Counted from the first letter of the stretch, positions 16,001-27,100 are shown. The stretch is 64,000 nt of DNA from Leucoraja erinacea (GCF_028641065.1 NC_073407.1:20150001-20214000); one strand, 5' to 3'. The notes: generated by a model not told the origin, from the letters alone. Numbers and translations are program-made.

Positions 16001-16155
16001 TTGACGAGATGGTTACAGATCTCACTGGGAAGGAAGATATCAGGGTGCAGTCTCAGCGTCTCATTATCTTGCATGTAGCACAGAGTTCCCTCGAGGTTCC
16101 ACAAACAATATTTGGTACAAAGAGTCATCAGTGATTCAGGGCTGTACGAAGCCAT
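984..16155 (-). CDS. ZER1: ZER1 (zyg-11 related CRL2 substrate receptor), multi-exon, 3'-incomplete in window
   Basis: Spliced translation MASYSPESLMTLCTKYCLWNLEGTL...LRLHPDIFLPSEIC...CDQVMEFSWSALWNITDETPDNCEMF...SQHWATWAL...ETKEMA matches vertebrate ZER1 as recalled. Coding exons in transcript order: 16155-15998, 14298-14139, 12784-12342, 10466-10290, 9230-9116, 8896-8750, 8018-7845, 7309-7094, 6276-6235, 4799-4680, 3994-3879, 2740-2552, 2050-1953, 1086-984. All GT-AG with consistent phases. Final exon not found; probably left of base 1. Confidence 0.97.
1953..2050 (-). CDS. ZER1: ZER1 coding exon 13
   Basis: SFEPILRLLPQRVAPVSQHWATWALFNLTSVY; GTAAGT donor. Confidence 0.95.
2552..2740 (-). 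CDS. ZER1: ZER1 coding exon 12
   Basis: RLLESNADGIEVSYNACGVLSHI...SRRNINY; GTGAGA donor. Confidence 0.95.
3879..3994 (-). CDS. ZER1: ZER1 coding exon 11
   Basis: EFQGKQELHRNMLGLLGNVAEVKQLRPYLMTTQFISVF. Confidence 0.95.
4325..4536 (+). mobile_element. tRNA-derived SINE, HE1/V-SINE-like
   Basis: tRNA-like head followed by the V-domain-like core ...TTCCTCCCACATTCCAAAGACGTGCAGGTTTGTAGGTTAATTGGC; several homologous copies in the window. Confidence 0.7.
4680..4799 (-). CDS. ZER1: ZER1 coding exon 10
   Basis: CDQVMEFSWSALWNITDETPDNCEMFLNCNGMKLFLECLN; GTAAGT donor. Confidence 0.96.
6235..6276 (-). CDS. ZER1: ZER1 coding exon 9
   Basis: TMLKLIQKKLTDKV; 42 nt, phase 0-0, GTAAGT donor. Confidence 0.92.
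6843..6968. mobile_element. Penelope-derived foldback (MITE-like) element
   Basis: TTTAAGAAGGAACTGCAGATGCTGG head; inverted arms AAAAGTGCTGGAGAAACTCAGCGGGTGC / GCACCCGCTGAGTTTCTCCAGCACTTTT. Confidence 0.65.
7094..7309 (-). CDS. ZER1: ZER1 coding exon 8
   Basis: VQRNCCLTLCNFSIPEELEFQYRRVNELLL...EAVGKMGFVT. Confidence 0.96.
7845..8018 (-). CDS. ZER1: ZER1 coding exon 7
   Basis: LVISALKYHKFDKSVQVTGSAALFYLT...NGMESYHEVT. Confidence 0.96.
8750..8896 (-). CDS. ZER1: ZER1 coding exon 6
   Basis: ITGEANEDQILNAIEAYTEYRPEIASRAINHLFDIARIEQCDQPLRALR. Confidence 0.95.
9116..9230 (-). CDS. ZER1: ZER1 coding exon 5
   Basis: NEPQKSSIEPFRALNRSFQFLGLFDTTLCNLTHIPSYK; GTGAGT donor. Confidence 0.95.
10290..10466 (-). 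CDS. ZER1: ZER1 coding exon 4
   Basis: HLDISRDRTSSFYKFKLTRKVL...LDISGHLMLDN. Confidence 0.95.
10587..11030 (-). mobile_element. 3' fragment of Rex1/Babar-like LINE
   Basis: Minus strand encodes a degenerate RT C-terminus (PS.QRYRSVKTHISRFWD.FFPAVI-like) and ends in an (AAACT)n tail; a shorter copy of the tail lies at ~16323-16500. Confidence 0.6.
12342..12784 (-). CDS. ZER1: ZER1 coding exon 3 (LRR region)
   Basis: DLVELRLVNCDRLSAKSLQTLNNF...LVSLSLFGCNNIFYEEENPGGCE...LVLYNMDLSEEHI. Confidence 0.96.
13622..13832 (-). mobile_element. tRNA-derived SINE, HE1/V-SINE-like
   Basis: Reverse-complement homologue of the 4325-4536 SINE. Confidence 0.7.
14139..14298 (-). CDS. ZER1: ZER1 coding exon 2
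   Basis: YMDLVNTDNSFPGHLSFFSLFSDHRSTRLTHVHLRGIHEDIIHDEDLVAFSKQ. Confidence 0.93.
15998..16155 (-). CDS. ZER1: ZER1 coding exon 1 (start codon; exon acceptor at 16235)
   Basis: MASYSPESLMTLCTKYCLWNLEGTLCYMQDNETLRLHPDIFLPSEICNHLVN; polypyrimidine+CAG acceptor at 16236-16260; GTGAG donor. Confidence 0.95.
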
Positions 16156-17219
16156 GTCTGAGAGCACCCTGCACCTCTTTCACAGCCAGCGAGTGGAGCA
16201 ATGGTGACTGGAGCTACACAAACATCGGGAGAGAGCTGTGGAAGATGAAAGCAAAATGCAAATCAGTTTCAGTTACAACAACAAAAATAGCCCCTTTGGC
16301 CCGTCACGTCCACGTTGACCGAGTTTAGCTACGTTTGGTTTAGTTCATTGTCACGTTTACCGCGGTACAGTGAAAAGCTTGTGTTGCATGCTAACCAGTC
16401 AGCAGAAAGACAATACATGATTACAATCAAGCCATCCATGGTGTACAGATACATGATAAAGGGAAAAATGTAAAGTGCAAAATAAACTCCAGTAAAGAGT
16501 TGCAGAATTGATTTAGTCGCACTTGCCTGTGCCTGGCCCGTATCCCTCCAACCCTTTTCTTTCCATGTACCTGTGCAAGTGTATTTTAACCATTGTGCAC
16601 CCCTCCATCCATCCTCTGGTAACTTATTCCCCATACCCACCAGCCTATGTGAAAGAGTTGCCCCTCAGGTCTCGTATAAAACTGTTCTCATTCAATTTTA
16701 AACTTCATTGAGCTATAATGGACAAAATGTAGTTTCAGGTTCCAGGTTACAAAGCAAACTATAAATCCTCCAACAACACTATGGACAACAAGAGATTGCT
16801 GGAGTCTTGAGCAAAACACAAGATGCTATAGGAGCTCAATAAGTCAGGCCGCCTCTGTGGAGGGAAATGGAAGAGGAAGTCTAAAGAAGGGTCCCAACTC
16901 AAAATATCATCAGCCTATTTCCTTCCACAGATGCTGCCTGACCTGCTGAGTTCCTCCTGTAGCTTGTTTTTTAACACAACAGATAAACTGAAGTTCTGAG
17001 AAATACTGTCAGCCATGCTGGAATTGTTCTCCTTATACAAGAGAAGATTAGGCACAAGCAAACAGAATTCTAATAAGATATGAGTGTTTAAATGAAACAA
17101 ATATTGTCCTGTCACAGATCTTACCTGCCCTTCAAACTTTATACATTTATCTGACAGGGTGGTATAAAGCCTCCCCACAAAAGCAGGATTTCCATCAACA
17201 TAGCACTCTCTATGCTGTG

Positions 17220-17583
17220 GTACACAAAAAGCTGGAGAAACTCAGCGGGTGCAGCAGCATCTATGGAGCAAAGGAAATAGGCAAAGTTTCGGGCTGAAAC
17301 CCTTCTTCAGACTGATGGGGGATGGGGGGGGGGGGGGGGGCGGGGAGAAGAAATGAAAAAGGAGGAAGAGGAGCCCGAGGGCTGAGGGAGAGATAGGAAG
17401 GGGAGGGACAGCAAGAGCTAACAAAATTGGGAGAATTCAAGAAGGGTTTCGAAGAAGTCCGAAGAAGGGTTTCGGTCCGAAACCTATTTCCTTCGCTCCA
17501 TAGATGCTGCTGCACCCGCTGAGTTTCTCCAGCATTTTTGTGTACCGTCGATTTTCCAGCATCTGCTGTTCCTTCTTAAACAC
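17220..17583. mobile_element. Penelope-derived foldback element with G-run spacer
   Basis: Inverted arms of the TACACAAAAA(T)GCTGGAGAAACTCAGCGGGTGCAGCAGCATCTATGGAGC family; hammerhead-like CTGAAGA..GAAAC on the - strand at ~17281-17312. Confidence 0.65.
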
Positions 17584-17911
17584 TCTCAATGCTGCATTTG
17601 GAATGTTAGCCAGAACTGTGTGTTCAAGTCCCAATTGTGTCCATAATCTTCTCGTTCAGTGTTGAACCCACTGAAATGATTCTTTCTAAATACTGCTTCA
17701 CCCAATCAATTGTATGCAACCAACCACAGGATAGGATACTACATTAAATTATATCAATCAAGATACAGATTTCAGGCTTCGATTAATTCTTTACACAACT
17801 AACCATGAACAGGCCAGCCCTCATTCAAGGTCACAGCCCCAAACATTGAATATCCCTTTGCCTCCTCAGATGCCGCTTGACCTGCTGAGTTCCTCCAACA
17901 GCTTGTATTTT

Positions 17912-18472
17912 TAGAAACATAGACATAGAACATAGAGAATAGGTGCAGGAGTAGGCCATTCGGCCCTTCGAGCCTGCACCGCCATTCAATATGATCATGG
18001 CTGATCATCCAACTCAGTATCCTGTACCTGCCTTCTCTCCATACCCCCGATCCCTTTAGCCACAAGGGCCACATCTAACTTCCTCTTAAATATAGCCAAT
18101 GAACTGGCCTCAACTACTTTCTGTGGCAGAGAATTCCAGAGATTCACCACTCTCTGTGTGAAAAATGTTTTCCTCATCTCGGTCCTAAAAGATTTCCCCA
18201 TCTCGGTCCTAAAAGATTTCCCCCTTATCCTTAAATTGTGACCCCTTGTTCTGGACTTCCCCAACATCGAGAACAATCTTCCTGCATCTAGCCTGTCCAA
18301 CCCCTTAAGAATTTTGTAAGTGTCTATAAGATCCCCCCTCAATCTTCTAAATTCTAGCGAGTACAAACCGAGTCTATCCAGTCTTTCTTCATATGAAAGT
18401 CCTGACATCCCAGGAATCAGTCTGGTGAACCTTCTCTGTACTCCCTCTATGGCAAGAATGTCTTTCCTCAGA
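17912..18472 (-). mobile_element. CR1 LINE 3' fragment
   Basis: ORF 17995-18408 (SGLSYEERLDRLGLYSLEFRRLRGDLI...FFTQRVVNLWNSLP) is a CR1 ORF2 C-terminus; (CTATGTTT)n tail; internal 24-bp duplication (GKSFRTEM x2). Confidence 0.9.
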
Positions 18473-18789
18473 TTTTTGCTCCAGATTCAAGCATTTGCCG
18501 ACTCTGGACCCAAACAAAGATTAGACAAGGGTGGTGAACAATCAATTGTAAGGAAAGAGGGTTTGGTAGTCAACCAAATTACCGTAATGGTTCTGTACAT
18601 ACCAATCACTGTCAAAGATCTTGTGGCAAGGGCAATATTTTGCATATCTAATTCCTTTGTTTGAATGCATTTTCGCTGCAAGAAAATTTAGGGGGTAGGG
18701 TGGATTAGTTGTAAGTTAATTGTTGAAGCCTTGTCTTTTGCACATTCTCTCTCTTCCTGCCCCATCATAGTCTGTCGCTCTATCATCCA

Positions 18790-19250
18790 TTGCCTCATGC
18801 ACTCAACCTACTACCGACACACAGATACTCCCCAGCAAATGGTGACTCCCAAATACAAACAACCTCACTCTCTCAGTCATAGTTACACGGCACAGCTGTA
18901 CACATTTTGGCTCAATTTGCCGACCAAGTGGGCGAAGATACATGAGCTTGAAAGCTCGAACGTGCGGACTTAAGAACAGCTTCTTCCCCACTTCTATCTG
19001 ACTCCTGAAACAATCAGCTCCTTTACACCCCATTCCCAGAGGTGCTGCCACATACTCTTATATTTAACTTCACCTTATTTGGTTATTCTGTTATTGTACT
19101 TTAATATTCTTATGCACCATTGGATTTCGCACTGCAATCTTACACCATTCTGCTGCTTTGCACTCGTTGTCGTATTTATTATTATTTTATGTATATTGTT
19201 TACTCTGCGTGTTTCATGTTCATAAGGAATTTCAATGCACCCTGGTATAT
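18790..19250 (+). mobile_element. Degenerate Rex1/Babar-like LINE 3' fragment
   Basis: Encodes PSGRRYMSLKARTCGLKNSFFPTSI, a Rex1-type RT C-terminal motif. Confidence 0.5.
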
Positions 19251-20588
19251 AAAATAGATTAACCTTTCCATGTACCTGTCTATGTTTTTTTTAATGTCAT
19301 TAATATACCCACCTCTATCTAAGGTACACAAAAATGCTGGAGAAACTCAGAGGGTGCAGCAGCATCTATGGAGCGAAGGAGATAGGCAATGTTTCGGGCC
19401 GAAACCCCCACCTCTATCTCTTTATCTGGCAGCTTATTCCATGTACATACAACCCTGTGAAAAGATTGCCCCTCAGGTTCCTTTTAATCTTTCCCCATTC
19501 ACTTTGAATCTATGCACTCTAGTTTTTGACTGTCCTACCCTGGGGGGAAACACTGGGGCTATTCACCATATCAATGCCCCTATTGAGTTTGCATACATCT
19601 ATTAAATCCCCCCCCCCCCCCCTCCCTCCCCTCAGTTTCCAGGAATAAAGGACCCAGCCTATCTTCATAGCTCAATCCCTCCAGACAAAATAACATCCTC
19701 TTTTGGATGCTTTCCAGTTTAATGACATCCTTTCAATAGCAAGATGACCAGAACTAAATGTGGCCTTGCCAATGCTTTGCAATACTGGAAAATGACATGT
19801 CAACTCCTGTACTCAATACCTTGGCCAATGCAATCAAGCATTCCAAATGCCTCCTTCACCATTCTGTCCGCCTTGTATCGCCATCATAACCTAGGATGTC
19901 ATCACCAATACAGCAAACCACCCTGCATCTCACTCCCCTCATGATGACCCATAAGCCAAACAGATCCACCTCCCTGCTACAACCCCACACCTGATGCCAA
20001 CTCCCTCCCCTCCCTACCCCGATTCCCTCTCAAGTGACTCGCCCTCTCCTGCCCCAAATCCTCCCTCCGTCGCCTTTCTTTGGACCAAATATCTTATAGC
20101 AGAGCTATAGGATCTTTGCGTTGGACCACACTGCGTCCTGCACTAACATCTCACTCTCCCTTCGCTGGATCCGCCTCCCAAACTCCCTTCCACCTTTCCC
20201 TCTCACCATTTCCTCTCCGCCCCCTTTCATCCCTCTACGATCTCCTGTCCCTTCCTCCCTCCCTCCCACCACCATCGCCCCCTCCCCCCGAGTCACTCTC
20301 TCCGGTCTCCACCCTCGTTGACAGCCTCCTCTCCGGGTCCCCCTCCCCTCTCAGGCCCTCCTCCTCCTCACCCCCCCCGGCCCCTCTTCGGTCTGCCCTC
20401 CCTCCTCTCCTCCTCTCTCTCCCACTCCCTCGCCGCTCTCCGGTCTCCCCCCGCTCCGCCAGCCTCCGTCTCTCTACTCCAGGCCCCGCTCCGATCACCA
20501 TCCCTCCCCCCGGCTAATGTTGTCAGGCTGGTTCCCTCCACCCACTACCTCCCACTCTCCGGGCCCCCCGCCCACGCCGCCACCTCAC

Positions 20589-20760
20589 CCACCTCCTGCT
20601 GCTCCTCTTCCTCTGCCTGTTTTCTTAATGTTATTTGTTTTTAAATCGTCTTCTTTTCAAACGGGACTCGCCGCACCGCTCTCACCAAACTCCAGCTCCA
20701 CCTCCGGGTTACCGGAGCCAGTCTGTCAATGGCCAGCCGCTTCCGGGGTCAGCTCGGTCC
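20589..20760 (-). other. ZER1: Probable non-coding first exon of ZER1 (boundaries uncertain)
   Basis: CpG-rich; minus-strand donors TGG|GTGAGG (20588) and TTG|GTGAGA (20685). The ATG-containing exon has an acceptor, so an upstream exon is required. Confidence 0.4.
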
Positions 20761-21135
20761 GTCTCTCCGCCGGGTCCTGGAGCCAAAACCAACCATTCGT
20801 TGCCCTGTTGTTGCTGCTGATGGTGCAACAGCAGCTCCCTCGTCTCTGTCACCTCCAGCAACACCTCCCGTGCCTCTAATATCACGGCTAATTCTGTGAG
20901 TGAAACGGAGAGTAAGATTTTACTTTTTTGATTAATCGAAATACTGCCGCTTTAGTTTTTGGAAATATTGCAGTTTTTGAATAAATCCGAATACATCCAC
21001 GTCAATGTATAATTTTACAAGACAACTCGACTGTCCCTACGGTTGGAAGAAATAATTAATTTGGCAGCTATTGCACTTGTCGGACATCATATTGACGGCA
21101 CCGGCTTCCGGGCGGTGGAGAAATAGGAAGTCAAC
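20690..21135. promoter_or_regulatory. CpG-rich bidirectional promoter ZER1/TBC1D13
   Basis: Head-to-head genes; local CpG enrichment; ETS/GABP-type CCGGAAG motifs at ~20739-20746 and ~21105-21111, AGGAAGT at 21125. Confidence 0.7.
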
Positions 21136-21158
21136 ATGTCGACTCTGTACAAGAACAG
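21136..21158 (+). CDS. TBC1D13: TBC1D13 exon 1
   Basis: MSTLYKN(R); AG|GTGAGG donor. Confidence 0.9.
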
Positions 21159-24100
21159 GTGAGGAGGAGCTGGGAATGGGTTCATGTCCGGGGTCCCGCG
21201 AATGACGGGTCGTTTGGTAAACGGGGTCGGGGTTGGGGTTTGGTGCTTCTCCTCTGAAAAGACTGGATGAAGTGTGAAGGATTGTCCAGGGATGGAGGGA
21301 CGAGACAAACTCTGGGCATCTGGATGTCCTCAGGCCAAACCCTGTTTTTTAGGACAACTGTGTTTAAGAAGGAACTGCAGATGCTGGAAAATCGAAGGTA
21401 GGCAAACATGCTGGAGAAACTCAGCGGGTGCAGCAGCATCTATGGAGCGAAGGAAATAGGCAACGTTTCGGGACGAAACGTTGCCTATTTCCTTCGCTCC
21501 ATAGATGCTGCTGCACCCGCTGAGTTTCTCCAGCATTTTTGTGTACCTTAGGGCAACTGTGCTTTCTTTCAATAGCTGGAACCAACGGTTATCTCCACCT
21601 CCGTACCTCTGACAGGTGTCTGAAACCTTAGGGACTCCAGCTTTTTATGTCTATAAGAGTGGAAGAAATCTGTAATACCTGCTGGATGTCAATGGAAAAT
21701 ACATTTGATCGCCCAGATGTTAGTGGACATAAATTTAAATTAGAAACATGCTGCAGACCATGCTGTTATTGTTTAAGAAGGAACTGCAGATGCTGGAAAA
21801 TTGAAGGTAGACAAAAATGCTGGAGAAACTCAGCGGGTGAGGCAGCAACTACGGAGCGAAGGAAATGGGCAACGTTTCGTTATTGTTGAACTGTTTTATA
21901 GGACCTTTACCTACTGACTGTATTTTCTGTTGTTAGGATTGAAGAATTCAGGATCGCTTTGAATGAACCAAAGATCAGCCTCACCAAACTGCGGGAACTC
22001 TGCTTCAGTGGTAAGGTGCATCCTTTCAATATCAGATTCTGGAGAATGGATGGCAAGATGCCTGTGAACATTTGTATCAGTCCTTAATTGAGGACTGTTT
22101 GATGCAGCGAGTTGCTGATCTCTCAAAAACTCGACAAAATCCAAAATCTGATCTCCATATCCCTGTGTTCAATAAATTGTAAACGGAAATATGTATTACT
22201 TGCAACAATCTGCTTTCAATTTAATATAATCTCAAAATTAACCTAAAACATTGCTCTATCCACAATTAATAATATGCTGTAGCGTAATATCGTAAACAGC
22301 TCTTAATGGGTTGAAAGTACTGCAGATAGAAAAGCAAATGTGATGACACTGGACTGCAGATGTTGGAATCTTGAGCAAAATACAACACTGGAGGAACTCA
22401 ACGGGTCAGAAAGCATCTGTGGAAAAAATGGATAGATAACATTTTGGGGTGGGACTCTTCAGTCTGAAGATTGGGCCCCAACCCGAAATGTATTCTGTCT
22501 ATTTACTCTACAGGTGTTGCCTGGCCGGCTGAGGTCTTAAAGCCAATCCTTATGTCCCACTTTGTTATTCTAGTGCATTATTCAGTATCCGTTTAGATTG
22601 TATCCTGGTGTGTGGCTGAGTGGTAGAATCTATGGGATGTTGATGAGAATGTGAGGACAATATTTTTTTTAAAGGGATTAATGTAGGTTTAGTGTAAATA
22701 AATGGTTGATGGTTGGCATTGACTAGGTGGGTAGAAGGGCCGATTTCCATACTCTATCTCTGTACGACTCTGTAATTGTGCGTGTGATGTACCTTTTCTC
22801 TTTTATATTTCACAACGGTCTTTAACCAAGTCTGAGCTTTTTACCTGCTTCTCACAGGAATTCCATTTGAAGGAGGACTGCGTTCGCTTTGCTGGAAGGT
22901 AAGTTTTCATTTGAGATCATTAGGGTTGCCAGCATTGGAAGATTTCCTTTCATTTTTATCACCTGGCCTCCTGTGCCCATTTGCTGTGCCTGGTCTTTTG
23001 TTATTTCCCACATTTTTATTAGCCGGCAAACAAAGGTGTTCAGAGAAATAAAACAATTTTCTTTCAATTTTTGTTTTCAAGTTTGCTCACAGCACTGTCC
23101 AAAAAATGTCATTGCTGTAGATTCCAACAACATATAGGAAGTTTGGGAATTCTGTGGTGGTGTCATGAAAGGGGAATGTGAAACTGATTCTTCAAGGGAA
23201 TTGGTCTGTCAGAATCCACCTTATAGATTAGAAAATGCTCTCACCAGTAAGTCTAGGTCTGTGTGCCTGCTGAAATATATATATTTAAATTACAACATTA
23301 ATGCAAAATTATACATTTTTAAAAGGGTTTTGTATAGAAGCGTATTTGAAGATGATTGGATAATCTGTATCTGCATGGATAGATGGATGTCTCGTCTTGT
23401 TTCTATCTATGTGCACGTATGTGATCTGGGACTTAAGCCAAAACGGTAGAAGGTAGCCCTAAGATCTTTGCACCACTACTGATCTTTGTCCCGTGGTCCT
23501 TCGTATACAATTTTGTTCGGATAGATGGTTTATTTCACAAGCTATTCATAATTTTTAACTTTAGAAATTCAAGTTTAAGAATTTAACAGCTATTAGGATC
23601 CAAATTCTTGCTGGGCCAGCTTACAACAAAGTTGCATACAAAGTTGAGGAACAGTCAGTCCTTCCAGCAAGTTTTTACCTGAACAGGAAGGGAAGGGGGA
23701 AATTGATTTCTTTTTTTAAAGTCCTCGAAGCAGCCCCTGCACAGTTGTGGGCTATGGGTGAGTGTTGGAATATTGCGTTGGTGAACGGGTTGCGTTGGGG
23801 GCAAGGCCTCCCGTGGGGGCTGTAGGTGAGTGGTGGAATATTGCTTTGGGGGACCAGGCCTCCCGTGTGGCAGGGTCCCAACGGGACCCAGTTGGTCTCA
23901 TTTATTTAACAAAATCTCTCATCTTGTTTGTTTCTATGTGTGAGCGTGATCTGTAATTGTGATCCTGGACGACGCCAAAATGGTACTCGATAGCGCTAAA
24001 ACTTTTGCACCATCTTACTCAATTGTCCTGTGGTGGTTTGCTAAGTTTCGATCAGATTGATGTTATATTTCACAAGCACTAACATTTTTAGATTTACAAA

Positions 24101-27100
24101 ACGACAATTTGAGAAAAAATTCTTCCCTGTGCTTACATCTATGTCGTCACAATGGGATTGTAGCCCTGCTCGCAACATTGTTGCTATCCAAGTACACCGA
24201 GTCCTTCTAGCCATAGCAGGTGCAAATGCATTTTTTAAAGTCACAGTACACTGAGTTATGACAGGGACCCAACGGGTCCCACTTGGTCTAGTATCTATCT
24301 ATCTATTAATATATAAAACTCTCGTGCCATCCGACCGGCTGCCGTCCAGCTGCCTTTCTGCCTTTTGATTCGTTCCATCGTGTGATGTCACAATGCCCAA
24401 TACTCGCAGATGTCCAATCGGAATGCCCAATGCTCGCAGATGTCCAATCGGAATGGATCCATTTACATGTACGGCTGCCGGCTGCCTTTCTTCCTTTGAT
24501 TCCTTGCCACGCCGAATCCAGACGCACAATCGCCGAGATCTTTTCCATTTCGGTAGAGATTTCACTTTTCTTTCTAAGTATCCACTCCTTATTACATTTC
24601 ATCGTGTTTATTCACACTTTTTTCATCAAATCCTTCTCCCCCCCCCAATATTTCTAAAATAAACTGCCTTCTCACCCATAGAAGCAGCCCTGATTTTTTC
24701 CATTTCGGTAGAGATTTCACTTTACATTCCAAGTATCCACTCCTCATTACATTTCGTCGTGTTTATGTACACATTTTAAATCAAATCCTTCTTCCCCCCC
24801 CACTCACTAATTTTGTCGCCTCCTGCTGGCCAGCGACCATAACGGCTGCTGGCGCCCGCATCTCGCCTCAAAGACGCCATTTAAAAACAGCCGCACTGCT
24901 GATTCCTGAGCCCCTTGAGTTAGAGGACCACGTCTCCCGTGGGGGCTACGGGTAGGGGAAGGCTGCGTTGGGGGAGCAGACCCAACGGGTCTGCACTTGG
25001 TCTAGTATATTACTAAAAGTCTGATCTTGACCGGTTTTGGCCCACCGTGCTGTGATTTCCTAGAGAACGCCGCCACCTACGTCCGTGATTTTTGGCCACC
25101 TCGCTTAGAGCCCCCCCGCCCCTCTGCCTTCCTGGACCAGAGGATTTTTCCTATTGATGAAAAATCAGTGATATTAAAGTTTTTTTTTAATTTGTCATTC
25201 TCTCTGCTGCCCCTGCTGGAGGGAGGGGGAGCGACTATAAAACGAGGAAGTGGTGTGCCTCACTCAGTCTCTGCAAGATGGAGGAAGCCAGAGGGTCACG
25301 TCTCTCTGAGCCCTGAATAACACTGAACACATGTCTACTCAACTGTGAGTGCCCTTAATGTGGTTTGAAAATGAAAATATGGTTGGTTTGAAGTAAAAAG
25401 GCACTGCGTGCAAATGGTTGTTTGGGGGGTTTGGGTTGAAGTAAAAAGGCACTGCCTGCAAATGGTTGTTTGGGGGGTTTGGGTTGAACTAAAAAGGCAC
25501 TGCCTGTAAATGGTTGTTTGGGGGGTTTGGGTTGAAGTGAAAAGGCACTGTCTGCAAATGGTTGTTTGTCTAAATTTGACAACTTCCTGTTTGCACTATA
25601 TCGATTTGGATAAAACGCTACCACTTATGGCTGTGAATTTTGGCCATCTTACTCAGTCCCCCTCTGCTCATCAGGTGCAGAGGATTCTTTCCGTCAATGA
25701 AAAACAAAAGTGTTAATGGTGTTTAAAAAATGTTGAGAATCTCTCTACTGTCAATCACGCCATGAAGGCCACACCTTTTGTGGTGGGAGGGGGAGGGATT
25801 ATAAAACCCGGAAGTGTGGGTGTGGCTCAGTCTCTGCATGATGGGGGAGGGAGAGGTCATGACTGTCTGAGTTGTGAATCAACTGAACACACCGAATGTC
25901 TACTGAACTGTGAGTGTGGTGTTTTGTGTGGTTTTATGGTGGTTTCACCCTGCTTGAAATAGTATGAAACTGCATTTGAATGTGGTGACCTTGCACCCTG
26001 CATGAAATGGTATGAAACTGCATTTGAATTCGGTGGCCTTGCACCCTGCTTGAAGAGGTAAGAAACTGCACTTGGATTTGGTGGCCTTGCACCCTGCTTG
26101 AAATGGTAGGAAAATGGATTTGAATTTGGTGGCCTTGCACTCTGCTTGAAATGGAATTTCAAGGAATAGCCGTGAGTCAACTGCCAGCCCACCAGCCGTG
26201 AGTGAGCTGCCAGCACATCAGGCTTGAGGGACAGAGCTGCCACCCCAAGAATCCATTTGGCCCACAATGTCCATACTAGCCCTCTGGAGACCAGTAGTCC
26301 CTGCAGCCAACAACCACCCATACCAGCGCTCCAGAAAGCCCCCCCCCCAGTGGCCACTAATATTGGAATTGGTGGAAGGTGAAATATTGCGTCGAGGGAC
26401 CAGCCCTCCCGTGTGAACATAGGACCCAACGGGTCCCACTTAGTCTAGTACATTACTAAAACTCTCATCTTGTCTGTGTGGATGTCTGTGTGTGTGTGTG
26501 TGTCCGTCATGCCCTGAATTACGCCAAAACAGTACATGATAGCGGTACAATTGTGGACCACCTTACTCACCATTGTCCTGTGGTGTGGTGTATCAAAGTT
26601 TTGTTCAGAATGATGTTATATTTTATGTTATTCACATTTTTAACTTTACAAAATCTATCTTTGAGAAAAAATTCTTCCATCTGCACTGGCAGTTAACAGC
26701 TATGGTGTCACCAACTGCTCGGCCCGTCCACTCCCCCCTCCCCCGACAGCCCCCGCCTCAAATACAACTTAATCGCCTACGCCGGCGGTGGTTTCATTGG
26801 GATCCTGGGGAGGTGAGGAGGGAGTCTGGGGGGATTGAGGGAGAGGGAGGGGAAAGTGGTGGAGGTGAGGAGGGAGAGTGGGGGAGGAGGGGGTATGGAG
26901 GGTGAGGAGGGAGTAGGGAAGGGAGAGGGGTTATGGAGGGAGGGAGTGACTGAGGATAGGGGAAAAGGGGAGGGGAAAGAAGAGGGAGGGTGCCAAGTGG
27001 ATGGGGAAGGAGTGCTTGGGGGAGGAAGGGGAATGGAGGAGGATAGGGGGTAGGGAGAGGGATGGCGAGGTAATGGAGGAGGGGAGGGGGTAGAGAGGGG

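Noticed and set aside
20080-20879. Pro/Ser-rich ORFs (also 26777-27191 and 28417-29276)
   Set aside because: Products of low-complexity C-rich, G-rich or GT-repeat DNA, with no splice or homology support.
25385-26155. CRISPR-like array or repeat-protein ORFs (25355-25624, 25857-26429)
   Set aside because: Contiguous tandem units with no unique spacers, in a vertebrate intron; the ORFs stay open only because the period is a multiple of 3.
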